Shown: positions 13,481 through 27,900 of the stretch, piece after piece
Numbering within the stretch: position 1 is the stretch's first letter
Layout of the letters: every line of letters begins with the position of its first letter
NCBI GenBank assembly: GCA_030390025.1
Contig: CM059433.1
Coordinates: 25,050,001-25,114,000 of the forward strand
Reading direction: 5' to 3'
Length of the DNA stretch: 64,000 nucleotides
Origin: Squalus acanthias
Lineage: Eukaryota
Notes under the pieces: model-generated
The model's database searches: none
What the model was told of the DNA's origin: nothing
The model's input: the letters and a program-made list of their open reading frames with translations, nothing else
Made by a program: the position numbers and the translations under genes

Positions 13481-14030
13481 GGCCCGGAATTTGCGGTCAG
13501 CAGCGAAGCGAAGGTGTTCGCTGCTAGCCCCGCAGTACGCTCCGCACAAGGATCTCGCAATCCCTGTGTCAAGAACTTCGGGTTTTCCGACTTTCAATTC
13601 AATTAAACGGAACTTAATGAGAATCCCCTTGTTCGAACTGCCGTGATGTCAACAGGCTGTCTAAGCAGCCAATCAAAAGGCAGAAATCTCACAGACAGCG
13701 AACAAGGAAGTGAGTAAGCCCTTAAATTTCTAACTTTTTAAAACAGTTAGAGCAAAACAAAGATTGGGGCGCTCACAGGGGGAAAAGGCAAGCCTGATAT
13801 AAAGATGGACAAAATTTCATTTTTATTAAAATGGACAAATTTCACGCTGCACAAAATTAAAATTAGTTTTCCAGGCCCTTAACATTTGATTAGCAGTAAT
13901 AATGCTGTTAAAACCTTCGTTACACCTAATCCCTTTTGGGTCTAACTTTCAGTGGGGAATTCAACAGCGTAATTACTGCGGAAAAGCCGAAGTTTTAGTC
14001 AGTTTGAATGATTTTGTCTGATTACACAGA
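13481..14030 (+). mobile_element. Probable Harbinger-type non-autonomous element fragment
   Basis: Begins tta-ggcccggaattt (TIR-like, TTA flank); CpG-rich start; right end not located. Confidence 0.4.
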
Positions 14031-14734
14031 TTGCCGGCTCTGTCTTGTCTAAAAGGCAACAGCACCCACTTTGCAGCACCCATTATAATGAGAATTAAGG
14101 ATGCAAACTGCTTCCCTGGTTGTTACTTTATAAACTGCAGCGTATTTATATGGAGAAGGGTTGACTTCTACAAACACTAATTGGAAAGGCTGTAGTTTTG
14201 ACCTACAAAGCACTAATTAGTGTAACAAATGAAGAGAAGCGTCCAAGTGTAATTTGGCATTAACTGATTCTGTTATTCTATCTGGGAGTTCAAAGATGTG
14301 AAAGAACTGGCCAGAAAATCTATTAATGAGATATGGATGGTTTATCAAAGACCTGGCTAATGTTGTCCAGCAATGTGTCTGCTGAGATAGAGACGCTGAC
14401 TTAAGATCCCTGCTGCGTCTGCTTACCGATGTCTTTGAAATGATACTGGCAAGAAATCTGCCTCTCGGGGAAATAAATTGCCTGTGTAGACAGGATAATG
14501 GGGAATTCACATCATTGGCTGGCTCACTTTCCTGGAATCTGCCATGATATGCAAATCTTCTAAATTAACAGTTAGAGCTCATCTAAATCCTCTATAATGA
14601 TGCTAAATATTCAGTACAGTTATCAATTTTTTCACTAACCCTACAAAATCTGCCGCTCTCTAATTTGATTTTAATTGTAGTATCAGCTTTGAGGGAGTGT
14701 CCACATTAAAGCAGGAAACAATTGTGCGCAATAT

Positions 14735-15186
14735 GGGCTGGATTTTGAATGACCCATGGAGTCGGGTTTGGAGGCGTGTGGGGGGTTAAATTTGCGGGGT
14801 CGGGGTTTCCGACCCCATCCCGACTCCATCCCGCCTCCACACAATTTTGACAAAATCAGTCGCGGGGTTCCCGACTCTCTCCCGCCTCCAAGAGGCGGAG
14901 AGGCCATTACAGCCCTTAACAAGCCCTAAATTGGGTCTGTAATGCTATTTTGAATCGTTGTAGCTAGTTTAACCCTTTTCTGACGTGAAGTACGCCTGGT
15001 GTGAAACACTCCAGTGAAACCTGGCGGGAGCACAAGTGGATAGCTGACTATCGGCTGCAGGTCCACTATTACAACGGAGATGTGATGAAGGTAGTAGTAG
15101 TATTAGGCCTGAAAGTCGGCTGCTCCATTGAATGTCTTCAGAGACTGCCTGGCCTTTGCTGTGAGAGGACTTGGATTGAAAAAAAA

Positions 15187-15222
<36 letters not shown>

Positions 15223-15508
15223 ATCATATCAATTTTGCATCTAGGTACAATCACATCAAAAGCCAGGCAGGTCCTCTCTCACCAGCAGCCAGACAATCTC
15301 TGAGAGCAGGCAGTCAGCAATGATGACATCATCAGAGGCGGGTTTCAGGCTGAAACCACTAATTGGTTCATGGGTTCCCACATGCTGGAACTCAATTACC
15401 CAATTAAGTTAAAATTGCATCATTCATCCACATTAATCTGGAGTCGGGGGGGAAACACAAAATGTGGAGGACACGACCCCAACCCAACCCCAAGACAAAA
15501 TCCAGCCC
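14735..15508. mobile_element. Harbinger-type MITE with perfect 13-bp TIRs and 3-bp TSD
   Basis: gggctggattttg ... caaaatccagccc; tat on both flanks (14732-14734, 15509-15511). Confidence 0.85.
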
Positions 15509-16169
15509 TATGTCTCTGTTCACGAATTGTAAATTAGACAACGTTCCCGGTCTAGGTGTTCCTCGAGACCTCACTGTCCAACTCCCACAGTGCAGGCCCT
15601 GCCTCACCTCCATTACAAAATTTGGATGGAGTCCTGGACACAGTTGGGGAAAAAAAAACATTTATTGAGATGCAGGAAACAAGTTATCAACTGTCCAGCC
15701 AGGGCACATGTCATGCTGGAAGAAATCTCATCAATAGGCATAACTATTCGAGATTCAGCAGGTGCCACTGTGCATGCAGCTGGGCCAGGTAACTTTGAAT
15801 CAAATAAATACTCCTATTTAATGACGAGTGACATTTTAATTTACTGACAGGAAACGAATTGTGGCAGAAGCTACACATTACTGAAACTGGTAAGTTCCAA
15901 GTACCGAATAATTGCAGGAGAGCTAGAGCAAGAAGGGAGAACTATCTACTGAGCTATGGGTCAGAAGTAAAGAGAGAGACATTCCACCTCCTGTTTATAC
16001 ATAGTATATGGGATGTGCGACAACTTGCCAATCAAATTCTGTCAGCATAGGCTGTTGTCCTGGAGACGTTTGGTGTGGTTGGTAGGACTGCTGCTTTGGC
16101 TGCATATCCTGCTAATGGGCTATTGAATACCAATAATAATACTTCTATTTATATCACAGGATAATTATA

Positions 16170-16800
16170 GATGAAAGCCAGTCGGCCAATCTTGGTTCAC
16201 CGATCTTGAAAGATCCTAAAATCCCCCTATTGCAACAATCAATCGATTCTTTCGTGATTCCAGGGTTTCTGCCTCCACAACTCTATCTGGAAGTGCATTC
16301 TAACTATTGATCAGTCTTTGTGTGAAGAAAGATTTGCTGATATCATTGCTAAATTTTCCTTTAGCTGGTTTGAACCTATGGCCCCTTGTCCTACTCACAA
16401 AGAAATGTAATTTACAGGATCTGCCTTTTCCATGCTATTTACTATCTTATGTACTTCTATAAGATCACCTTTCAGACAACCCCTTTCAAATTTTTCTCAT
16501 AACTCATTGTGGATCTTCTCTGCGCGATCTCCAAAACTTGAAAGTTTACCTTGTGTCGTATTGACCAGAACCAAACAAGTACTCAGGGCATTATACAGTT
16601 TAATCAAGACTTTCTCTGACATGTGTTCAACATTTTTGCCTTTGTAGCTAAACATTCTATTGACTTTCCTGCTCTGCATTGATTGGAATGTTAAGCGTTG
16701 AGTCTACTAAGACTGATAGGTCTTTTTTAACGTCACTTCCAGCTGTTTCAACACCATACATGAAGTATGTACACTGCACATTTTTCCTTCCTACATTCCT
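16170..16800 (-). mobile_element. Old CR1 LINE 3' fragment
   Basis: Reverse-strand remnants such as EKVLIKLYNAL; tgtgtgaagaaa and aacctatggccccttgtcct CR1-end motifs. Confidence 0.6.
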
Positions 16801-16802
16801 TG

Positions 16803-17927
16803 TTAGCAAAATTTGAAGCCCATGGGCTTAACAGGGCAGCGACAGCGAGGATATGAAATGAGTTAAGAGACAGAAAGCAAAGAGTAGTGGTGATAGGTTG
16901 TTTATCAGACTGGAGGGAATTATACAGTTGTGTTCCCCAGGGGTCAGCACATGGACCATTGCTCTTTTTGATATATATTGCGGACCTGGACATTGGTATA
17001 CAGGGCACAATTTCAAAGTTTGTAGATGACACAAATTTTGGAAATGTAGTAAACAGCGAGGAGGATAGTAGCAGACTTCAGGAGGACATAGACAGACTGG
17101 TGAAATGGGCAGACATATGGCAGATGAACTTTAATGCAGAGAAATGTGAAGTGATGCATTTTGGAAGGAAAAATGAGGAGAGGCAATATAAATTAAATGG
17201 TATAATTTTAAAGGGGATGCAGGAATAGAGAGACCTGGGGGTTCACATACACAATTCTTTGAAGGTGGCAGGACAAGTTGATAGGGCTGTTAAAAAAGCA
17301 TACAGGATCCTTGGTTTTATAAATAGAGGCATAGAGTACAAAAGCAAGGAAGTTATGCTAAACCTTTATAAATCCCTGGTTAGGCCTCAGCTAGAGTATT
17401 GTGTCCAATTATGGGCATCTCACTTCAGCAGGATGTCAAGGCCTTGGAGACAATGCAGAGGAGAATGACCAGAATGGTATCAGGGATGAGCGACTTCAGT
17501 TATGTGGAGAGATTAGAGAAACTGGGATTGTTCTCCTTAGAACAGAGAAGGTTAAGGGGAGATTTGATAGAGCTGTTCAAAATCATGTAGGGTTTTGATA
17601 GAGTAAATATGGAGAAACTGTTTCCACTGGCAGGAGGGCCAGTATTCAGAGGACTGAGATTGAAGATAATTGGCAAAAGAACCAGAGGGAAGATGAGGAG
17701 ACATTTTTATACTCAGCGAGTTGCTATGATCTGGAATGCACTGCCTGAAAGGATGCTGGAAGCAGATTCAATAGTAACTTTCAAAGGCAATTGGATATAT
17801 ACATGAAAAGGAGAAATTTGTAGGTCTGTGGGAAAGGAGCAAGGGAGTGGGATTAATTGGCTAGCTCTTTCAAAGAACAGGCACAGAGACAATGTGATCT
17901 CCTTCTGTGCTGTCTGATTCTATGATA
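16803..17927 (+). mobile_element. 5'-truncated CR1 LINE
   Basis: VPQGS, KFVDD, LYKSLVRPQLEYCVQLW; tgattctatgat tail. Confidence 0.92.
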
Positions 17928-19280
17928 CTTGCAATATTTTACAGTTGCCAGCATTAAATTTCACTTATCATTGTTCTATCCAATTACATCTTGGCCTAGA
18001 AATTAATTGGTGCCGCACCCATTTTACAGGCATTAAATGGGCCCCTAACCATCCAATATCTCATGGCAGAAGTGCGTCACCAGCCATATTGGATCGGGCT
18101 CCACCATAGCTGCCCAGGGCAGGTGCCGGAACAAATCCGGAAGCTATTGAAATAAGGATCCTATGCTGGTTGTAGGACCCTTTTGTAAAACTGACTCTTC
18201 ATGTGATAAACTCGTTCAGCAACTTGTTCAGCAACTTGTGACGCTAATAGGCAGCGAGGACCCTTCAGCAGCACTAGTTAAAGGGCTCATCCACTACATA
18301 CAGGTTAGTTGCTGGTTCATCCTTTTAGGCTGCTGCTTAAATTCTGTCCGTTCCTGGCCCATTTTCTGACTTCTACAATGGAATTCTGAATTCTGATGAG
18401 ACCTTTTTGCTGGTGCTGGACCACTTTTGGCTGCCTTCAAAACAGTTTTAATGCAGTCTTGGTAGATCTGCCTTTGGGGCTGTAGGGAGAGCCAAGAAGG
18501 CTGCAGAGAGCAAGAACAGCTGGGAGAAGAGGGAGGAGGAGGGCACTGCGCAGGAGCCGTACCTACAGTGCGTCTTCAGGGAGTACTTCTCCTACATGGA
18601 CTTCACTGATGTGCAATGTCTCAGGCTCCTTCGCTTCACAGTGGAGGCTGGCACTGAGCTATGTCATTTGCTGCAGCTGTCAAGGACACGGTGGCCCTCA
18701 ACTTTATGCAACAGGCTGCAGTAGGTGACATCCGGGACAGTTATGCTGAACCTTTATAAAGCGCTGGTTAGGCCACAACTGGAGTATTGCATCCAGTTCT
18801 GGTCACCACACTTTAGGAAGGATGTGAAGGCCCTTGAGAGGGTGCAGAGAAGATTTACCAGAAAAGTTCTGGCGATGGGGGATCTCAGTTACAAGGACAG
18901 GTTGGAGAAGCTGGATTTGTTTTCATTAGAGCAAAGGAGGTTGAGGGGTGATTTGATAGAGGTGTACAAGATTATGATGGATTTGGATAGGCTAGATGGG
19001 GAAAGGCTGTTCCCACTAGTTGATGGTACAAGGACTAGGGGACACAGATTTAAGGTTTTGGGCAAGAGATACAGGGGGGACGTGAGGAAAACCTTTTTTA
19101 CGCAGCAAGTGGTGAGGACCTGGAACTCTGCTGCCGATGGAAGTGGTGGAAGCGGAGACACTCAATGTTTTCAAGGGGAGACTGGATAGGCACTTGAGGG
19201 AAATAAACTTGCAGGGCTACAGGGATAGAGCGGGGGAATGGGACTGACTGGATTGCTCTACAGAGAGCTGGCATGGACCT

Positions 19281-22200
19281 ATAAGAACATACATAAGAAC
19301 ATAAGACGTAGGAGCAGGAGTAGGTCATTTGGCCCCTCGAGCCTGCTCCACCATTCAATAACATCATGGCTGATCTGATCTTGGCCTCAACTCCACTTCC
19401 CGGCCCGCTCCCCATAACCCTTGACTCCCTTATCGTTCAAAAATCTGTCTATCTCCACCTTAAATATATTCAATGACCCAGCCTCCACAGCTCTCTGGGG
19501 AAGAGAATTCCAAAGATTCACGACCCTCAGAGAAGAAATTCCTCCTCATTTCCAATTTAAATGGGTGCCCCCTTATTCTGAAATTATGCCCCCTAGTTCT
19601 AGATTCCCCCACGAGAGGAAACATCCTCTCTGCATCTACCCTGTCAAGCCCCTTTAGAATCTTATATGTTTCAATAAGATCCCCTCTCATTCTTCTAAAC
19701 TCCATTGAGTATAGGCCCAACCTGCTCAAACTTTCTTCATAAGACAACCCCTTCATCTCCGGAATCAACCTCGTGAACCTTCTCTGAACTGCCTCCAATG
19801 CAAGTATATCCTTCCTTAAATAAGGAGACCAAAACTGTACGCAGTACTCCAGGTGTGGTCTCACCAATGCCCTGTACAATTGTAACAGGACTTCCCTACT
19901 TTTATACACCATTCCCTTTGCAATAAAGGCCAACACTCCATTTGCCTTCCTAATTACTTGCTGTACCTGCATGCTAACTTTGTGATTCATGTACAAGGAT
20001 CCCCAGATCCCTCTGTACCTCAGCATTTTGTAATCTCTCCCCATTGAAATAATAATTTGCTTTTTTATTTTTCCTACCAAAGTGGATAACCTCGCATTCT
20101 CCCACATTTTTGCCCACTCACTTAGCCTATCTATATCCCTTTGGAGATTCTTTGCGTCCTCCACACAATTTGCTTTCCCACCTATCTTTGTATCATCAGC
20201 AAATTTGGCTACATTACACTCAGTCCCTTCATCCAAGTCATTAATAGATTGTAAATAGTTGAGGCCCCAGCACTGATCCCTGCGGCACCCCACTAGTTAC
20301 AGTTTGCCAACCTGAAAATGACCCATTTATCCCAACTCTCTGTTTTCTGTTAGTTAGCCAATCCTCTATCCATGCTAATATATTACCTCCAACCCCGTGA
20401 GCTCTTATCGTGTGTAGTAACCTTTTATGTGGCACCTTATCAAATGCCTTCTGGAAATCCAAATACACGACATCTACTGGTTCCCCTTTATCCACCTTGC
20501 TCGTTACATCCTCAAAGAACTCCAGCAAATTTGTCAAACATGATTTCTCTTTCATAAAACCATGCTGACTCTGCTTGACTATATTATGATTTTCTAAATG
20601 TCCTACTATCACTTCCTTAATGAGGGACTCCAGCATTTTCCCAATGACAGATGTTAGGCTAACTGGTCTATAGTTGCCTGCTTTCTGTCTCCCTCCTTTC
20701 TTAAATAGGGGCATTACATTTGCGATTTTCCAGTCCGCTGGGACCTCTCTGGAATCCAGGGAATTTTGGTAGATTACAACCAATGCATCCACTAACTCTG
20801 CAGCCACCTCTTTTAAGACTCTAGGATGTAGGCCATCGGGTCCAGGGGACTTGTCCACCTTTAGTCCCATTAGTTTGCCTAGTACTTTCTCTCTAGTGAT
20901 AGTGATTGTTTTAAGTCCCCCCCGCCCCACCCCAATAGCCCCTTGATTATCCATTATTGGGATGCTTTTAATGTCTTCTACTGAGAAGAACGATACAAAA
21001 TATTTGTTGAAAGTCTCCTCCATTTCCCTGTTCCCCATTATTAATTCCCCAGACTCATCCTCTGGGGGACCAACATTTACTTTAGCTACTCTTCCTTTTT
21101 ATATACCTGTAGAAGCTCTTACTGTCTGTTTTTATATTTCTTGCTAACTTACTCTCATAAGCTAACTTCCCTCTCTTTATCATTTTTTTAGTCGTCCCTT
21201 GCTGGTTTTTAAAATTTTCCCAATCCTCTGGCCTTTCACTATTCTTCACAACATTGTATGCTTTTGTTTTCAATTTGATACCATCCTTTACTTCCTTAGT
21301 TAGCCACAGATGGTTCATCCTTCTCTTAGAGTCTTTCTTTCTCACTGGAATATATCTTTGCTGAGAGTTATGAAATATCTCCTTAAATGTTTGCCACTGC
21401 TTTTCTAAAGTCTTCCCCTGTAATATATTTTCCCAGTCCACTTTAACCAAGTCTGCCTTCATACCTTTGTAATTACCTTTGTTTAAGTTCAGGACACTAG
21501 TTTGAGACCTAGCTTTCTCACCCTCAAACTGAATTTGAATTTCTACCATGCTATGATCACTCTTCCCAAGAGGGTCCTTCACTTCGAGATCATTAATTAA
21601 TCCAGCCTCGTTACACATTACCAGATCTAAAATAGTTTTCTCCCTGATTGGTTCCACAACATATTGTTCCAAGAAACCATCCCGTATACACTCTAAGAAC
21701 TCATCCTCAAGTCTACCTTTGCCAATTTGCTTTGTCCAATCAATATGAAGATTAAAATCTCCCATGATTATAGCTGCACCTTTCTTACAAGCCTCTATTA
21801 TTTCTTGATTTATTCTCTGTCCTACAGTGTGGCTACTGTTTGGGGGCCTGTAGACAACTCCCACCAGTGCCTTTTTACCCTTATTATTTCTTATTTCCAC
21901 CCAAACTGATTCTACATCTTGATCTTCTAGGCCAATATCATTTCTCATTACTGCACTGATCTCATCCCTTATTAACAGAGCTACACCACCTCCTTTTCCT
22001 TTCTGCCTATCCTTATGAAATGGCAAATACCCCTGACTATTCAGTTCCCAGCCTTGGTCACCTTGCAACCACGTCTCTGTAATGGCTATCAGATCATACC
22101 CATTTATTTCTATTTGTGCTGTCAACTCATCTATCTTGTTATGAATGCTGTGTGCGTTCAGATATAGAGCTTTTAAATTTGTCTTTTTACCATTTTTCCC

Positions 22201-24078
22201 TACTCTGACCCCTCTTTCTGATGCACACTTATGTGTATACGCTCTGTCCCTTCCTGTCACACTCTGGTTATCATTATCCCTATCGCTACCCTGCACTTTT
22301 GCCTTCTCATTTTTCTTCAACTTTTTAAATTTCCGCTCAGCGTATCCCTCCCCGCCACTATTTAGTTTAAAGCCCTATCTACAGCCCTAGTTATTCGATT
22401 TGCCAGGACACTGGTCCCAGCCTGGTTCAAATGAAGCAAGTCCCGACGGAACAGCTCCCTCTTATCCCAGTACTGGTGCCAGTGCCCCAGGAATCAAAAC
22501 CCATTTCTCCCACACCAATCTTTGAGCCACTCGTTCATCTCTTTGATCGTATTTACCCTATGCCAATTTGCACGTGGCTCAGGTAGTAATCCAGAGATTA
22601 TTACCTTTGTGGTTCTGCCCCTAGCTGCTCATACTCCCTTAGCAGAACCTCTTTCTTTGTCCTACCTATGTCATTGATACCTACATGGACCATGACAACT
22701 GGATCTTTCCCCTCCCACTCTACGTTCCTCTCCAGCCCAGAGGAGATGTCCTTTACCCTGGCAGGCAACACAGCCTTCGGGACTCACGCTCTCGGCTGCA
22801 GAGAACAGAATCTATCCCCCTAACTATACTGTCCCCTACCACAACCACATTTCTTTTTGCTCCCTCCACTTGAATGTCTCCCTGTACCACAGTGCTGTGG
22901 TCAGTTTGCTCATCCTCACTGCAGTCCCTGCTCTCGCCCACACAGAGAGTAAGAACCTCGTAACTGTTGGACAAGAGCAAGGGCTGAGGCTCCTCCACCA
23001 CTACCTCCTAGTTCCCCATACCTGCCTCGCTCATAGTCACACCCACCTGTCCCTGACCATTGACCAAATTTGAATTAATTAATCTAAGTGGTGTGACTGC
23101 CTCCTGGAACACAGCGTCTAGGTAACTCTCCCCCTCCCTGATGTGTCGCAGTGTTTGAAGCTCGGACTCCAGCTCATCAACACGGAGCCAAAGTTTCTCA
23201 AGCAACCAACACTTACTGCAAATGTGGTCATTATGGACCTCACTGGTGTCCACCAGCCCCCACATGTTGCAGCAGTAACACATCGCCTGCCCTGCCATCT
23301 CTAATGTATTTAATGAATTAAGTGTTTAAGTTTTGAATGTTCAGTTTTTAATCCCGGCTCTTAATTTAACCAATGCCCAAGAAAAGAGAGAAATATGACC
23401 AACCAATCACTTCCCTACTTTCCTGTGACGTCACTCCTTGTTTTTGTTGTCAGGTCCGCTGCCTCCGCTCTCGGGCCTTCCTCTGCTGTGCTGTTTATTT
23501 GCTCCACCTCTGCTCTCACTTCCACTCAGGTCCGCTGCCTCTGCCTTTTCTATGTGATGTCACCTTTTATTTTTCTCCGAATGCGGTTGGGGAGTTTCAC
23601 AGAGCCAAACTCCCGCTGGTTCTCTGTCCCCTCTCGTGCAGATTTTTAACTCCTGCTCTCCTGGAGGCTGACAAAGATAGAAAAAGAAGAAAGGAGCACC
23701 TCCCTCCCCTCCTCACCGAATGGCCTTACTCACCAAACTCGCACGTTTACACTCTGTTCCAAGCTGCACTCTGTGACAAACTGCACTCTAGCCTTCCTTA
23801 TTTATACTGCTGAGATTTATGAGTCACCTCTCTGGCAGTTGCAGATCCAGACCAGTTAATTAATTAACGAGCCCCACTCACTCTCCAGCAGAGCTTGCTT
23901 TGCCCTGCCCAAGCCTGGAAGAAACTAAACTTAAAACAGTAATTTTAAATTAAATGCTAATTGCAAGCACGCAAGACTAGATTTTATTAAAAAAAAGATT
24001 AACCCTTAAGATTCACTCCCTTACTCACCAAACTCGCACGTTTACACTCTGACTCACCAAACTTGCATGTTTACACTC
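19281..24078 (-). mobile_element. Near full-length CR1 LINE (5' UTR, ORF1, frameshifted ORF2, tail)
   Basis: ORF2 pieces 21082..22320 (APE endonuclease), 20241..21038 and 19460..20293 (RT, FADD); (taagaaca)n tail at 19281-19306. Confidence 0.95.
22360..23298 (-). pseudogene. CR1 ORF1 remnant: Cys zinc finger, leucine zipper and SGNH/GDSL esterase
   Basis: CYCCNMW...HICSKC...LRVDELESELQTL (23008..23298); VVVVGDSIVRG...CCLPG (22753..23001). Confidence 0.85.
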
Positions 24079-24921
24079 GATGGGCTGAATGGCCTCCTTC
24101 TGTGCCGTTATGACTCTATGACATCTCCCAGTTTGCAGTCCACTGCCAGATAAAGGAGGTCACCGAGGCTCTCTACACCAAGGGGAACACCTACATCTCT
24201 TTCCCAATGGACAGAGTGAAGCAGCACAACAGGTTTCACCAGTATTGCAGGCTTCTCCAGACTGCACCCACACTGCTTTTCATGCTCTCCATCACCTTCC
24301 TGGCACCTTTCTGAATAGAAAAGAATTTCACTCTCTCAACATCCAGCTTGTATGTGAGCACAGGCAGCACATCATGAAATGCAGGTCTATGTCCGGTTTC
24401 TTGGCAGCAGTAATGATTCAATCATCCTGCACCATTCCTCTGTGCCACCTTTATTCCAAGCAGGCCATCAGGCCATAGGCTAGATACTGGGCGAGAAGGT
24501 TTTTTAAAAATTTATTCATTCATGGGATGTGGGCGTCGCTGGCAAGGCTGGAATTTATTGCCCATCCCTAATTGCCCTTGAGAAGGCAATAGTGAGCCAC
24601 CTTCTTGAACCGCTGCAGTCTGTGAGGCGAAGGTACTTCCACAGTGCTGATTTTGTTGTAGCAGTTTGGTACAACTGAGTGGCTTGCTAGGCCATTTCAG
24701 AGGGCAGTTAAGAGTCAATCACATTGCTGTGGGTCTGGAGTCACATATAGGCCAGACCAGGCAAGGACAGCAGATGTTTTTTTCCAGCAATCTGTTTCAT
24801 GGTTACCATTTCATGGTTATTATTACTGATACTTGCTTTTTAATTCCAGGTTTATTTAATTAACTGAATTTTAAATTCCCAGCTGCCAGCATGGTGATTT
24901 GAACTCACATCTCTGGATCAG

Positions 24922-27900
24922 TGCTGGGACTAGTGTCCTGGCGAATCGAATAACTAGGGCTGTGGAGAGGGCTTTAAACTAATTAGTGGGGGGGAGGTTT
25001 CAAGAGAGCAAAAAATAAAAATGACAACAGAGAGGGTCATAGACATAGGTAGCAGTAGGGGAATCACAAATCAGAGCGTGGCAGGAAGGGACAGAGTGTG
25101 TGGAGTAAAAGGTAAACTGGTAAAAAGTGAAAAAGCAGGAACTAAGTGCCACAAAGCATATTTGAAAGTTCTCTATCTGAATGCACGTAGCATTCGTAAC
25201 AAAATAGACGAGTTATTGGCACAAATAACTACATATGGTTATGATATTGTGGCCATTACAGAAACATGGCTGCAGGGTGACAATGCCTGGGAATTAAACA
25301 TACCAGGTTATTTAACGATCAGGAAGGACAGGCAGGAAGGAAGGGGAGGTGGGGTGGCTATGTTAATAAAGGAAGGAATCACTGTAATACAGAGTAATGA
25401 TATTGGGTCAAAAAATCATGATAATGAAACAGTTTGGGTGGAGATAAGGAATAATAAGGGGAAAAAAACATTAGTGGGCGTAGTCTATAGGCCTCCGAAC
25501 AGTTGCAACTCTATTGGACGGAGTATCAATCAGGAAATAGTTGAGGCATGTAATAAGGGAACATCTATAATTATGGGGGATTTTAACTATCATATTAATT
25601 GGACAAATCAAATGGGGCAGGGCTGCCTTGAGGATGAGTTCATTGAGTGTATTAGGGATGGGTTTCTTGAGCAGTATGTAACTGAACCGACCAGGGGGCA
25701 AGCAACCTTAGATCTGGTCCTGTGTAACGAGACAGGATTAATTAAAAATGTCCTAGTAAAGGATCCCCTTGGAATGAGTGACCATAACATGGTTGAATTC
25801 CATATTCAATTAGAGGGTGAGAAGGTTGGATCTCAAACAAGCGTGCTAAGCTTGAATAAAGGAGACTATGAAGGTATGCGAGCGGAATTGAGTAGAGTGG
25901 ATTGGGAAAATAGATTAAAGGGTAAGACGACACATGATCAGTGGTGTACATTCAAGGAGTTATTTTACAACTTCCAAAAAAAATATATTCCACTGAAAAG
26001 AAAAGGGTGTAAAAGAAAGGACAGTCATCCGTGGCTAAGTAAAGAAATTAAGGATAGTATTCGACTAAAAACAAGGGCATATAAGGTAGCGAAATCTAGT
26101 GGGAGGACAGAGGATTGGGAAAACTTTAAAAGGCAGCAAAAAATAACAAAAAGATTGATTAAGAAAGGGAAGATAGATTATGAAAGTAAATTAGCAAAAA
26201 ATATAAAAACAGATAGTAAGAGTTTTTATAGTTATATAAAAAGAAAAAGGGTGGCTAAAGTAAATGTTGGTCCCTTAGAGGATGAGACCGGGAAATTAAT
26301 GGTGGGAAATATGGAGATGGCAAAAACACTGAATGAATATTTTGTATCAGTCTTTACAGTAGAGGACACTAAGAATATCCCAACACTGGACAAACAGGGG
26401 GCTATAGGGGGAGAGGAGCTAAACACGATCAAAATCACTAAGGAAGTGGTACTCGGTAAAATAATGGGACTCAAGGCGGATAAATCACCTGGACCTGATG
26501 GCTTACATCCTAGAGTCTTAAAGGAAGTGGCGGTAGGGATTGTAGATGCATTGGTAATAATTTTTCAAAACTCCCTGGATTCCGCTAAGGTCCCGGCAGA
26601 CTGGAAAACTGCTAATGTAACACCCTTATTTAAAAAGGGCAGTAGACAGAAGGCTGGTAACTATAGACCGGTTAGCCTAACATCTGTGGTAGGTAAAATT
26701 TTGGAGTCCATTATTAAGGAAACAGTAACAGGACATTTGGATAATCATAATTTAATAGGACAAAGTCAGCATGGTTTTACGAAGGGGAAGTCATGTTTGA
26801 CAAATTTGCTGGAGTTCTTTGAGGAAGTAACATATAGAGTGGATAAAGGGGAACCAGTGGACGTAGTGTATTTAGACTTCCAAAAGGCATTTGACAAGGT
26901 GCCACACAAAAGATTATTGCTTAAGGTAAAAAATCACGGGATTGGGGGTAATATTCTGGCATGGATAGAGGATTGGCTATCTAACAGAAAGCAAAGAGTT
27001 GGGATAAATGGTTCATTCTCAGACTGGCAATCAGTAACTAGTGGTGTTCCACAGGGGTCAGTGCTGGGTCCCCAACTCTTCACAATCTATATTAACGATT
27101 TGGAGGAAGGGACCAAGTGTAACATATCAAAATTTGCAGATGATACAAAGATGGGAGGGAAAGTAATGAGTGAGGAGGACATAAAAAACCTGCAAGGGGA
27201 CATAGACAGGCTAAGTAAGTGGGCAGAGATTTGGCAGATGGAATACAACACTGGAAAGTGTGAGGTGATGCACTTTGGCAGGAAAAATCCTAGAGCAATT
27301 TATTATCTTAATGGCAAGAAACTGGAGAGTACTGAAGTGCAAAGGGATCTGGGGGTCCTGGTGCACGAAACTCAAAAGGTTAGTATGCAGGTGCAGCAAG
27401 TGATTAAGAAGGCAAATGGAATGTTGGCTTTCATTGCTAGGGGGATAGAATATAAAAATAGGGAGGTATTGCTTCAGTTGTACAAGGTATTGGTGAGACC
27501 GCACCTGGAATACTGCATACAGTTTTGGTGTCCTTACTTAAGGAAAGACATCCTTGCTCTCGAGGCAGTGCAAAAAAGGTTCACTCGGTTAATCCCGGGG
27601 ATGAGGGGGTGGTCATATGAGGAGAGGTTGGGTAGATTGGGACTCTACTCATTGGAGTTCAGAAGAATGAGAGGCGATCTTATTGAAACATATAAGATTG
27701 TGAAGGGGTTGGATCGGGTGGATGCGGGGAGGATGTTCCCGATGACGGATGAGACGAGAACTAGGGGACATAGTCTTAGAATAAGGGGCTGCTCTTTCAA
27801 AACTGAGATGAGGAGGAACTACTTCACTCAGAGGGTGGTAGGTCCATGGAATATGCTGCCACAAAAAGCTGTAGAAGCTACAACATTAATTAAATTTAAA

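Larger units (their letters stand above)
18733..24122 (+). mobile_element. 5'-truncated CR1 (18733-19280 plus tail 24079-24122) interrupted by an antisense CR1
   Basis: LYKALVRPQLEYCIQFWSPH; tail resumes gatgggctgaatggcctcc; tgacatc repeated at 18726-18732 and 24119-24125. Confidence 0.85.

Noticed and set aside
14217..14550. Short ORFs in unique-looking DNA
   Set aside because: No splice support or known motifs; cannot be distinguished from chance
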